Below the pieces are notes generated by a model. It saw nothing but the letters and a program-made list of their open reading frames with translations. It ran no database searches and had not been told where the DNA came from. Shown here one piece after another: positions 1-7,912 of a stretch of 44,639 nt of DNA; position 1 is the stretch's first letter; each line of letters starts with the position of its first letter. Location: the sequence record SRR31156797_1045. One strand, given 5' to 3'. Both the position numbers and the translations under genes were made by a program.

Positions 1-14
1 TGCCGTGTCAGTGA

Positions 15-48
15 GGCGGCATTATAGAGAGTTAGCTTAACTTGGCAA
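15..48 (-). promoter_or_regulatory. Stable-RNA (rrn P1-like) sigma70 promoter firing out of the left edge
   Basis: The minus strand reads TTGCCA (48-43), a 16-bp spacer, TATAAT (26-21) and a GC-rich discriminator GCCGCC. An AT-rich UP-like tract lies at about 53-76. The downstream RNA gene is outside the window. Confidence 0.75.
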
Positions 49-70
49 GCGGAAATTATGAATAAAATAG

Positions 71-113
71 AAAAAAGCGCTCGTTTGGACAAATATCCAG
101 CGAACGCTTTTTT
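71..113. terminator. Bidirectional intrinsic terminator downstream of the HD-GYP gene
   Basis: AAAAAAGCGCTCGTTTGGA-caaata-TCCAGCGAACGCTTTTTT forms an imperfect stem flanked by A and T tracts. Confidence 0.75.
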
Positions 114-144
114 ATGCACTTTTTATATCCAAGTCACGAACAAT

Positions 145-168
145 TTACTCACAGAACGCTGTGGATAA
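145..168. promoter_or_regulatory. DnaA box (perfect, 160-168) with an inverted degenerate partner (145-153)
   Basis: TGTGGATAA at 160-168 is the reverse complement of TTATCCACA. TTACTCACA at 145-153 has 2 mismatches. Confidence 0.45.
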
Positions 169-178
169 CTCTATTTTT

Positions 179-1444
179 TTACTCGTCACTATCAAAGAAA
201 TAGGAAATTCTAGAGCGAGGGTTTAGATACTCACGAACTTTATCCGGTAGCTTATTAGGAAGAATGGCATTCACTATCTTTATATCTTTGTCCGCCAAGT
301 CAATAATTGGCGCTTGCGTTCTTGGTACCGAAGGATCATAGATAAGTACATTAGGATAAAGCAGACTATTGGCATTGACCGATATAACAAGGCCGACCAT
401 ATCATTTGATAATTGAACCACAGTTCCTGGCGGAAATACGCCCATGAACTTGACCAGTATGTTCAAGTTGTCATTGTTATATAGATGCTTGCAGTTCTTA
501 TATAGATAAGACAATGCGACATACGGAATTTTCTGCTCACTCGGCACATTGGGGTGACATAAGTTATCGAAAGCATTCGCAACTGCAACAACCTGAGCTA
601 ACTCATCGATTTCATCACCTTTTAGACCTAGCGGATATCCAGAACCGTCCAAATTCTCGTGATGTTGATCTATCACTCGGCGCGCACTATCCGGAAACTC
701 TTTAATGTTCTGAGAGATCTCTAATCCATACTTAGTATGCATTTTAAGATAGTTCTTCTCAGGATCTGTTAACGGTGTTTGTTTCCTTACAATTGCTGTC
801 GGGATCCTGATCTTGCCGATATCGTGGAAAAGAGAAGCAAAAGACAACGCTTTTATCGTTTCAGGCGGATACCCTTTCGCCTTACCAATCATCATGGCGA
901 TAACTGAAACGTTTAATGAATGAAAGTAGATATCTTCGAACTCACTTTTACCATTCATAAGATGCAAGGTCACACTATCATCACTTAATAGTTTATCTAC
1001 AATATCATCCACCAGCTGTGCAGCTTCATCGACAGCATCCATCGGACGATTTCGAATTTTATTCATAACAGCGCGCATACGCGCTAACGAACGCTCGAAC
1101 TCTTTTTCACAATTGATTACCCTGCGGCGATAAGCACTGAGTTTTTCTATTCTATTTTGTTTTTCTTGCCACAATTTATCTGCTTCGCAATTAATATCGC
1201 TGTCTGACTCCTGTTCAACTTGCTCTGTCTTGGCTTGATTTGCAGCTGGAGGCAATGGCTCAGCATCACTTTGCGCAGGGTTTAGAAAAACATGCTGAAT
1301 CCCCAGATGCTTAATAAGGCGGATCTGTTCGTGGTCTTTGATTTTGAAGCTATTTAATAAGAAAGGGTGCTCGTTCCATTTGACTGGCAAGCGTATGTGT
1401 AACCCTGGTTGCAACCTATCTACCGTGATTTTTATACTCGCCAC
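179..1444 (-). CDS. DUF3391 + HD-GYP domain protein (c-di-GMP phosphodiesterase family)
   Basis: 421 aa with a GTG start. The N-terminus (IKITVDRLQPGLHI..W..HPF) is DUF3391-like, and the motifs HSLNV, FHDIGK and HHENLDGSGYP are present. Confidence 0.9.
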   Translation of the reverse strand: MASIKITVDRLQPGLHIRLPVKWNEHPFLLNSFKIKDHEQIRLIKHLGIQHVFLNPAQSDAEPLPPAANQAKTEQVEQESDSDINCEADKLWQEKQNRIEKLSAYRRRVINCEKEFERSLARMRAVMNKIRNRPMDAVDEAAQLVDDIVDKLLSDDSVTLHLMNGKSEFEDIYFHSLNVSVIAMMIGKAKGYPPETIKALSFASLFHDIGKIRIPTAIVRKQTPLTDPEKNYLKMHTKYGLEISQNIKEFPDSARRVIDQHHENLDGSGYPLGLKGDEIDELAQVVAVANAFDNLCHPNVPSEQKIPYVALSYLYKNCKHLYNNDNLNILVKFMGVFPPGTVVQLSNDMVGLVISVNANSLLYPNVLIYDPSVPRTQAPIIDLADKDIKIVNAILPNKLPDKVREYLNPRSRISYFFDSDE

Positions 1445-1701
1445 AACTTTTTTAATACCTCTAATGACTTAGGCTCCTGAAGCAAAGAATTTTCTACCAG
1501 TAGAGGCTCTTCTTTCAGGGCTAACTTTTACAACCGTTTGCTAGCGATAATTATAGACACTAACCGTTGTGTTAGAAAATAGTTACCGATGCACGCTATC
1601 AGCCTTTACGCGACTTTTGCCTTAAATTGTGACCTTTTTTGTTAAGATTGAAAATAGAATCCCCTACTTTTGATTGTTATCACCATCTTTCTTGATTACC
1701 A

Positions 1702-4107
1702 CTAACCACTTAACTTTAAGTTTTGTGAGGAAAAATAGCGAACAACACAACTCTGAGTAACAACACCTTTAAAGACCGAACCTTCAGTCAGTACCCATGG
1801 AAAGCTCTTACCTTGTTTTTCAATCAATGAACTAACACTGCTAATGTCGGTTTTGGCATCCAATCGAGTAAACATTACCTTCATAATTTGATTAACGGGC
1901 CTTTGCCACATGGAATGCTCATGAGTCGTTTCAAGATCGGTTCCCATATGAGGAGTAAGGTGAAGGTTTAAACACGCGCGATCCACAATGCCTATGCACT
2001 CTCGTCGATGAATAACAGGCAGTACTTCAGTATCTGAATAGATAAAATATTGCTGTGCCACTGCTAATGTATCGCTGGGATCAAGGTGTGGTATTTTTCC
2101 GTGGCATAGGCTTAGAAGTGTACTGACATTTTTTTCAACCACATCATCTTTTATAAGAGATGACTTTAACGCATCAACCTTGGCCAACAGTTGGGTCACC
2201 GAGTTTATATCCTGAGGTTCAGAAAATAGCCCCCCACTCATACAATCAATGCCTAGCCAGGCTAATAATCTTGCATCATTGAGATCGGCAACGCCATCAA
2301 TCGCGACCGATACATTACGCGCATGGCATTCATCTGTAATAGCCTTGATCGCTTTGTGGGTCATTGGTGACTTAGACAAGAAGTCTAAATAGCAAGGGGC
2401 AATTTTAATCAACTGATAACGTTCGAGAAGACGCTGATTGGAAATCACATGCTCCATATCAATATTATTAATCACAAACTTGAGTCCCAAGTGATGCCAC
2501 ATTGTTAGGTCTTGAGCAGAAATAGAATTAACAGCCTCGGGGTTAACCTGTAATTTAACTTGGTGGGGGGAAATCTTATGTTCGTGCATTTGGTGAACTA
2601 AACAAGACAACACGTCGGCAAAATTCTGTGGAGTATGCTGGCATGAGCAATTTAACGTCACCGATATGGAAGATGAATGACACGACTGTAGCTGCGTGAA
2701 ATCGTCCAATACCTGCTGTTGTACGACAATATCTAACTCGGTGGCTAAGCCCATATCCTGAACAACACTTTCAAGTTCAATTTGGGTGGAAGACAACGCA
2801 GGGGGTAAAGCAAAATCAAAAATCGCTTCATACCCATCAATTTGCCATGACTGGGAACCCACCATGGGCAGGTACTTCACTTCAACCCGCTTATTTTTAA
2901 TCCGCTCAGCCACTAAATCTTCTAACAGCTTTCTTTTCTTTATCTGTCGATGCAGTTCGCTATCAAAAAAACGAATATGATGTCCGCGCTCTTCTGAATG
3001 CTGTTCCAGTATCGCCTGAACAGAATGAGTGACCGCCATTTTTGCATTGCTGGCATCGACACCAAGCACGGATATCCCTATTTTCCCATTAGAGACCGAA
3101 TGATAAATATCAGAATTTACGAGATGCAACTCTTGGAAAAAGTACTTTATCTGTTGATGAAGGTATCGATAAGGATTTTCATTCACCGGAGTTGAACATT
3201 TGATGCAAGCCAAATACAAGTTATCTTTTATCTTACCGAACAGCCTGCTCTCTTTGAGACGTGACATAACATCACTAATCGTGGTTTGAAAATCAGTGCT
3301 GCAATTTTCTATATTCAAAGTCATGACCACATAAATCGTATTTGCAATTTGACTTTGATACATGACATCAAGCTGCTCACAGAAGCTCTTCTTTGTCATC
3401 ACACTGGCTTCTAACGCTTGATTCACGCTAGGCGCCAAAGAAAATAGCGTTATAGATACATTCGGTTGCTCTAAACAAGAAAGTGAAATAGAGCTTGCTC
3501 TACATTGCCTTAACTCTCCCGAAGCGTGCTTAATTGGAAAGTGTCGATTCTCTGAAGCAACATGATCCACCAACGCTGATGGATCTTCATCGAACAACAA
3601 AATACTATTTAAACCAAGGAGCTCGACCAAGCTAAATCCAGATAAACGTTCAAATCTCGTGTTACACGCTAAAATCTTATTATCATTGTTAGTTATCAAC
3701 AGTCCGCAGCTATCTTGGCGCAACATAAAGTCAAACCAACTCATTGCGAGCTGCTCCTGCTTCACTTCAAAAATGAGCTTCATTTCTCCCTGAACAACAT
3801 ATTGAGAAAGCTTTTCAGCACAAAACGAAAAGTAGTAACCATGACCACTTTCAGCCCACAATGCGATAACAGACGCCCGTCGATTGTCATCTTGGCAGAC
3901 GGATTCAAGAAGTTGTTCCACATCAAGCCGGTAGGAAGAGCTGATAAGTTCAAGCCAATCATCAAAACTGCTAATAGGATGATAGGGAAAAAGATCGTTT
4001 AACGTTGCCTCTCCATCAATACAAAACTCTTGAGTGGCAATATTCAAGGTCCAATTGAAAGACGTAAACGGGTTTGTTTCAATAAATGAATCAAGATTTT
4101 CCTGCAT
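1702..4107 (-). CDS. PAS + degenerate GGDEF + degenerate EAL + CBS-pair signalling protein
   Basis: 801 aa. PAS segment GLLITNNDNKILACNTRFERLSGFSLVELLG, EAL-like YLPMV..YEAI..LNCS..IKI..DGV..GGLFSEP, and a C-terminal CBS pair (LPVIHRRECIGIV, FKGVVTQSCV). Confidence 0.8.
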   Translation of the reverse strand: MQENLDSFIETNPFTSFNWTLNIATQEFCIDGEATLNDLFPYHPISSFDDWLELISSSYRLDVEQLLESVCQDDNRRASVIALWAESGHGYYFSFCAEKLSQYVVQGEMKLIFEVKQEQLAMSWFDFMLRQDSCGLLITNNDNKILACNTRFERLSGFSLVELLGLNSILLFDEDPSALVDHVASENRHFPIKHASGELRQCRASSISLSCLEQPNVSITLFSLAPSVNQALEASVMTKKSFCEQLDVMYQSQIANTIYVVMTLNIENCSTDFQTTISDVMSRLKESRLFGKIKDNLYLACIKCSTPVNENPYRYLHQQIKYFFQELHLVNSDIYHSVSNGKIGISVLGVDASNAKMAVTHSVQAILEQHSEERGHHIRFFDSELHRQIKKRKLLEDLVAERIKNKRVEVKYLPMVGSQSWQIDGYEAIFDFALPPALSSTQIELESVVQDMGLATELDIVVQQQVLDDFTQLQSCHSSSISVTLNCSCQHTPQNFADVLSCLVHQMHEHKISPHQVKLQVNPEAVNSISAQDLTMWHHLGLKFVINNIDMEHVISNQRLLERYQLIKIAPCYLDFLSKSPMTHKAIKAITDECHARNVSVAIDGVADLNDARLLAWLGIDCMSGGLFSEPQDINSVTQLLAKVDALKSSLIKDDVVEKNVSTLLSLCHGKIPHLDPSDTLAVAQQYFIYSDTEVLPVIHRRECIGIVDRACLNLHLTPHMGTDLETTHEHSMWQRPVNQIMKVMFTRLDAKTDISSVSSLIEKQGKSFPWVLTEGSVFKGVVTQSCVVRYFSSQNLKLSG

Positions 4108-4139
4108 AGATTCACCCTAAGTTGCAATAACTTGAATCA

Positions 4140-4171
4140 AAGTAGCCACTCATAATCTCGAGTGGCTACTT
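4140..4171 (-). terminator. Stem-loop between the oxygenase and EAL genes, a probable terminator or attenuator
   Basis: 12-bp perfect stem AAGTAGCCACTC / GAGTGGCTACTT, with only a short T run on the minus strand. Confidence 0.6.
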
Positions 4172-4261
4172 CAAATATAGTTGAACTGAGTTTTATAAGG
4201 GAGATAAGTTCAATTTCGTGACTTTTGGCGCTCTAACAAAGCATTAATGTAGATTAAGGCA

Positions 4262-5230
4262 CTATACTTCTGCCGTTTCGCCTTCGTTTTGATGTCGATA
4301 TGAGTACGTATCTTCAAAACGAGATAAAATCCAATCACCCGCCGTAACAAGCGGATATTCCGTCTGTCCACTTTTTTCTTGCAAACAAGATTTCAGAGTT
4401 TCGATCGGAGTATCGAAGTCTGGCTCAACAAAGAACGGCATCGAAAAGCGAGATTTACCTGATATTGGACTCGTTACCCGATGTTTCGTTGAACGATAAA
4501 TATCGTTAGTCCAACGTTGCATCAAATCTCCGATATTGACCACAAAAGCACCTTTAACAGGTGGTGCGTCCATCCACTGCTGCTGTTTATTCAACACTTG
4601 TAGACCACCGCTTTGATCCTGATATAACAAGGTAATACAGCCATAATCGGTGTGAGCCCCTGCACCATTAGTCTCTTTTGTTTGACTTGGGTAATGCAGC
4701 ATTCGTAAAACAGAAATCGGTAACGTAAAGCTTTTTGAGAAAAAGTCTTCTTGTTCGCCTAATGCCAACGCCATCGCTTTTAGAACTTTTAGCCCAACAT
4801 CCAGAGTAAGCGAGTAGTGCTGAGAAACGGCTTGAGCAAATCCTTCGATATTGGGATATTGATTGGGTCCGTACAGTTTTGGGCAGCGTGATACTTGCGA
4901 ATGGTAAGGGGAAAGATCTAACGCCATATCAAACGATTCTTTGCAATCTAGCTCGCCAAGTGGATCGAGCTTTTCAGCACTCAGCCTACCCCACCCTCGG
5001 TGGTTACTACTTTCTTCTATCGAAATCTTTTTCTTCTCTGATTCTGGCAACGAAAACAACTTAGCCGCCATTGACTCAATATCATCAAACTGTTGCTGAG
5101 GGATCCCATGACCAACCACATAAAAAAAGCCCAACTCTCTGCAAGCACTGTCTATTTGTCGGATCACTGGCTGCCACTCTTCTATATTTTCAGAGTGCAA
5201 CGGTGAAATATCGATGATGGGTAGTGACAT
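4262..5230 (-). CDS. 2-oxoglutarate/Fe(II)-dependent oxygenase, isopenicillin N synthase-like (DIOX_N + 2OG-FeII_Oxy)
   Basis: Motifs LPIIDISPL, GFFYVVGHG, HTDYG (HxD), STKHRV and SRFS (RxS). Start moved to ATG 5230, which follows an AGGAGA RBS. Confidence 0.9.
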   Translation of the reverse strand: MSLPIIDISPLHSENIEEWQPVIRQIDSACRELGFFYVVGHGIPQQQFDDIESMAAKLFSLPESEKKKISIEESSNHRGWGRLSAEKLDPLGELDCKESFDMALDLSPYHSQVSRCPKLYGPNQYPNIEGFAQAVSQHYSLTLDVGLKVLKAMALALGEQEDFFSKSFTLPISVLRMLHYPSQTKETNGAGAHTDYGCITLLYQDQSGGLQVLNKQQQWMDAPPVKGAFVVNIGDLMQRWTNDIYRSTKHRVTSPISGKSRFSMPFFVEPDFDTPIETLKSCLQEKSGQTEYPLVTAGDWILSRFEDTYSYRHQNEGETAEV

Positions 5231-5291
5231 ACTTTCTCCTTGTAAGCTCAAGCTTTCCTTAATCGAGCGATTCTTGTTTGACTTGTCATTA

Positions 5292-5307
5292 AGCAAAAAG
5301 CTGACCA
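5292..5307 (-). promoter_or_regulatory. Candidate sigma54 -24/-12 promoter of the oxygenase gene
   Basis: The minus strand reads TGGTCAGCTTTTTGCT (GG-N10-GC with TTGCT), about 60 bp upstream of the ATG. Confidence 0.55.
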
Positions 5308-5410
5308 AGTAGGCAGAAAAGAAAACACCCCATAATATCTAGACTTAACTAGACTAAAAGAGAACCAAGCTCAGGGAAGCGCACAGTAATAGGGTGTGAT
5401 GAATAGGAAA

Positions 5411-5427
5411 AGCACCAAAACAATGCA
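5411..5427. promoter_or_regulatory. Candidate NtrC binding site
   Basis: AGCACCAAAACAATGCA against the consensus TGCACCAWWWTGGTGCA, about 105 bp upstream of the sigma54 element. Confidence 0.45.
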
Positions 5428-5520
5428 AAAAAGGCAGGGAATTACATCAACAAAAGGAATATGCAACAAAGTAAATCATAACCCTCACCAATATGTTGCA
5501 AACTTTCAAAAACAACAAAA

Positions 5521-5792
5521 GGTGACAGATATCACAGTTAAGCAGGGAGAGAGGCGAGACCATAACGTGATATAGATCTCCCTAGTTATTTATTTCCAGA
5601 TTCAAAATAAATCAAAAGTGATCAGCATCACATAATATTTTTAAGTTGAATTTTTAATAACATCGACTTGATCACTACTATTTTTATTGACAGATATGAA
5701 ATTTATATTTTGTTACTAATTTACATATCAATAAAGAGATCGTTATCACTTAAAAATCGCTTGGACTTCAAAAAGAGAAGACTCAGATCACG
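5521..5792 (+). promoter_or_regulatory. Array of CRP-like sites upstream of mtlA
   Basis: TGTGA-N6-TCACA-like sites at 5521-5536 (GGTGA/TCACA), 5566-5581, 5617-5632 (AGTGA/TCACA), 5661-5676 (weak), 5735-5750 and 5777-5792. Multiple CRP sites are known for mtlA promoters. Confidence 0.7.
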
Positions 5793-5917
5793 AAAACCCC
5801 GTCGTCAGTTCCAATTAAAAAATGTGTGTTAAATTGATTAGGTACTAAGCAATCAAAAAAAAACGGTTTTGGCGAACCGTCACTACAACCATATTCATCA
5901 GAACATCGAACGGGGAA
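5793..5917 (-). ncRNA. Probable MtlS-like cis-antisense sRNA over the mtlA 5' UTR (ends approximate)
   Basis: An antisense extended -10 (TGATAACAT, 5931-5923) overlaps the mtlA ATG. A minus-strand hairpin plus T tract lies at 5855-5880. The call rests on analogy to V. cholerae MtlS. Confidence 0.4.
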
Positions 5918-5922
5918 CTGTT

Positions 5923-7815
5923 ATGTTATCACCAGAAGCGAAGGTCAAGGTACAAAATTTTGGCCGTTTCCTTTCCAACATGGTAATGCCAAACATCGGC
6001 GCATTCATTGCGTGGGGTTTCATTACTGCTCTATTTATCCCTACAGGCTGGATTCCAAACGAAACACTTTCCAGCATGGTAGGTCCAATGATCACTTACT
6101 TGTTACCACTACTTATCGGTTACACCGGTGGTAAAATGGTTGCCGGTGACCGCGGTGCGGTAGTAGGTGCTGTAACTACAATGGGTGTTATCGTTGGTAC
6201 TGACATCCCAATGTTTATGGGTGCGATGATTGCAGGCCCTCTAGGTGCTCTTGCAATTAAAAAATTCGACCACGCTATTCACGGTAAAGTGAAAAGCGGC
6301 TTCGAAATGCTAGTAAACAACTTCTCTGCCGGCATCATTGGTATGATCTGTGCGATCATCGCCTACTTAGTTATCGGCCCTGCAGTTAAAGTTCTATCTA
6401 CAGCGCTAGCAAGTGGCGTAAATGTACTAGTAGAAACCGGTCTATTACCTTTAACTTCAATCTTTGTTGAACCTGCGAAAATTCTGTTCCTGAACAACGC
6501 AATCAACCACGGTATCTTCACTCCTCTTGGTATCCAACAATCTGAAGAACTGGGTAAATCTATCTTCTTCCTGATTGAAGCGAACCCAGGTCCAGGTCTT
6601 GGCCTACTTATCGCTTACATGGTATTTGGTAAAGGCAGTGCGAAACAATCAGCTGCTGGTGCATCTATCATCCACTTCTTAGGTGGTATCCACGAAATTT
6701 ACTTCCCATACGTGTTAATGAACCCACGTCTAATCCTTGCTGTAATCGCTGGTGGTATGACAGGTGTATTCACTAACGTAATGTTCAGTTCTGGTCTAGT
6801 ATCTCCAGCTTCTCCTGGTTCTATCTTTGCTGTTCTACTAATGACACCGAAAGCTTCTTTCGTTGGTGTAATTCTGTCAGTAATCTTCTCAGCAGCTGTA
6901 TCATTCTTCGTTGCATCGCTACTGATGAAAACTCAGAAACAAACAGAAGATGATAACGATTCACTCGAGCAGGCAACAAGCCAGATGCAAGACATGAAAG
7001 CGTCTTCTAAAGGTGCAGCTCCAGCAGCAGCTAACATCAACATGGCTGACGTACGCAAAATCATCGTAGCGTGTGATGCTGGTATGGGTTCAAGCGCGAT
7101 GGGTGCAAGTCTACTTCGTAAGAAAATTGATGCCGCTAACCTGCCAATTGAAGTAACAAACCTAGCTATCAACAACCTACCAAATGACGTTGATATCGTT
7201 GTTACACACAAAGATCTTACAGATAGAGCACGTCAACACGCAGCAAGTGCAAAACACATCTCGCTATCTAACTTCTTAGATAACGCGCTATACGACAATC
7301 TAGTAGCAGAGCTGCTGTCAGCTAAAGAGGGCGACCTAAAAAAGCCTGAAGCACCAGCAGACAACAGCTCTAGTGAAGAAAAAACACTGAAGCTATCAGA
7401 TGAGAACATCTTCTTAGGCTTAACGCCAAAGAGTAAAGAAGAAGTGATCAGGTTTGCTGGTGAACAACTTGTAAAACTTGGAAATGTTGCACCTGAGTAT
7501 GTCGAAGGCATGCTAGCAAGGGAACAACTTGTCTCAACCTACCTTGGTGAGTCTATCGCTGTTCCTCACGGTACTATCGAAACTAAACAGTATGTTAAGA
7601 AAACAGGCATCGTATTCTGTCAATTCCCAGAGGGTATTCAATGGGGTGAAGATGAAGATGATGTTGCGAAACTGGTTATCGGTATTGCTGCGCAAGGCGA
7701 CGAACACATTCAAGTTATCACCGCAATCACCAATTCACTTGATGACGACGAAGCTATCGAGTGTCTGAAGACAACAACTAACCCTAGTGACGTTCTTCGA
7801 ATCCTAAATGGCTAA
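5923..7815 (+). CDS. mtlA: PTS mannitol-specific EIICBA
   Basis: Motifs KVQNFGRFLSNMVMPNIGAFIAWG, GGIHEIYFPY, EIIB CDAGMGSS and EIIA VPHGT. Start set at ATG 5923. Confidence 0.97.
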   Translation: MLSPEAKVKVQNFGRFLSNMVMPNIGAFIAWGFITALFIPTGWIPNETLSSMVGPMITYLLPLLIGYTGGKMVAGDRGAVVGAVTTMGVIVGTDIPMFMGAMIAGPLGALAIKKFDHAIHGKVKSGFEMLVNNFSAGIIGMICAIIAYLVIGPAVKVLSTALASGVNVLVETGLLPLTSIFVEPAKILFLNNAINHGIFTPLGIQQSEELGKSIFFLIEANPGPGLGLLIAYMVFGKGSAKQSAAGASIIHFLGGIHEIYFPYVLMNPRLILAVIAGGMTGVFTNVMFSSGLVSPASPGSIFAVLLMTPKASFVGVILSVIFSAAVSFFVASLLMKTQKQTEDDNDSLEQATSQMQDMKASSKGAAPAAANINMADVRKIIVACDAGMGSSAMGASLLRKKIDAANLPIEVTNLAINNLPNDVDIVVTHKDLTDRARQHAASAKHISLSNFLDNALYDNLVAELLSAKEGDLKKPEAPADNSSSEEKTLKLSDENIFLGLTPKSKEEVIRFAGEQLVKLGNVAPEYVEGMLAREQLVSTYLGESIAVPHGTIETKQYVKKTGIVFCQFPEGIQWGEDEDDVAKLVIGIAAQGDEHIQVITAITNSLDDDEAIECLKTTTNPSDVLRILNG

Positions 7816-7852
7816 GCTAGCAATCTAAGCCATGCTCCTGATTGGTGATCTT

Positions 7853-7880
7853 TAAGGCTGGTCTCCCCCGACTAGCCTTA
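7853..7880 (+). other. Intercistronic stem-loop between mtlA and mtlD
   Basis: TAAGGCTGGTC / GACTAGCCTTA, 11 bp including one G-U pair, with no U tract. Confidence 0.55.
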
Positions 7881-7912
7881 CTTCAAATTTTGAACTCTTT
7901 GGAAGGTAAGTT

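Noticed and set aside
322..335. Possible att copy of the tRNA-Leu 3' end (TGGTACCG)
   Set aside because: The match is only about 8 nt and falls inside the HD-GYP coding sequence.
1445..1600. c-di-GMP-I (GEMM) riboswitch upstream of the HD-GYP gene
   Set aside because: Fragments such as GCAAAC and GAAAG occur, but the ordered GCAAAC-stem-GAAA-stem-GACGCAAAG core is absent.
5869..5922. Long N-terminal extensions in the ORF track (mtlA, also mtlR, AraC, oxygenase, pepA, pyrB, mlaE, mlaF, yrbG, lptA)
   Set aside because: They come from longest-ORF calling. Downstream ATGs fit the RBS position or the known N-termini better.
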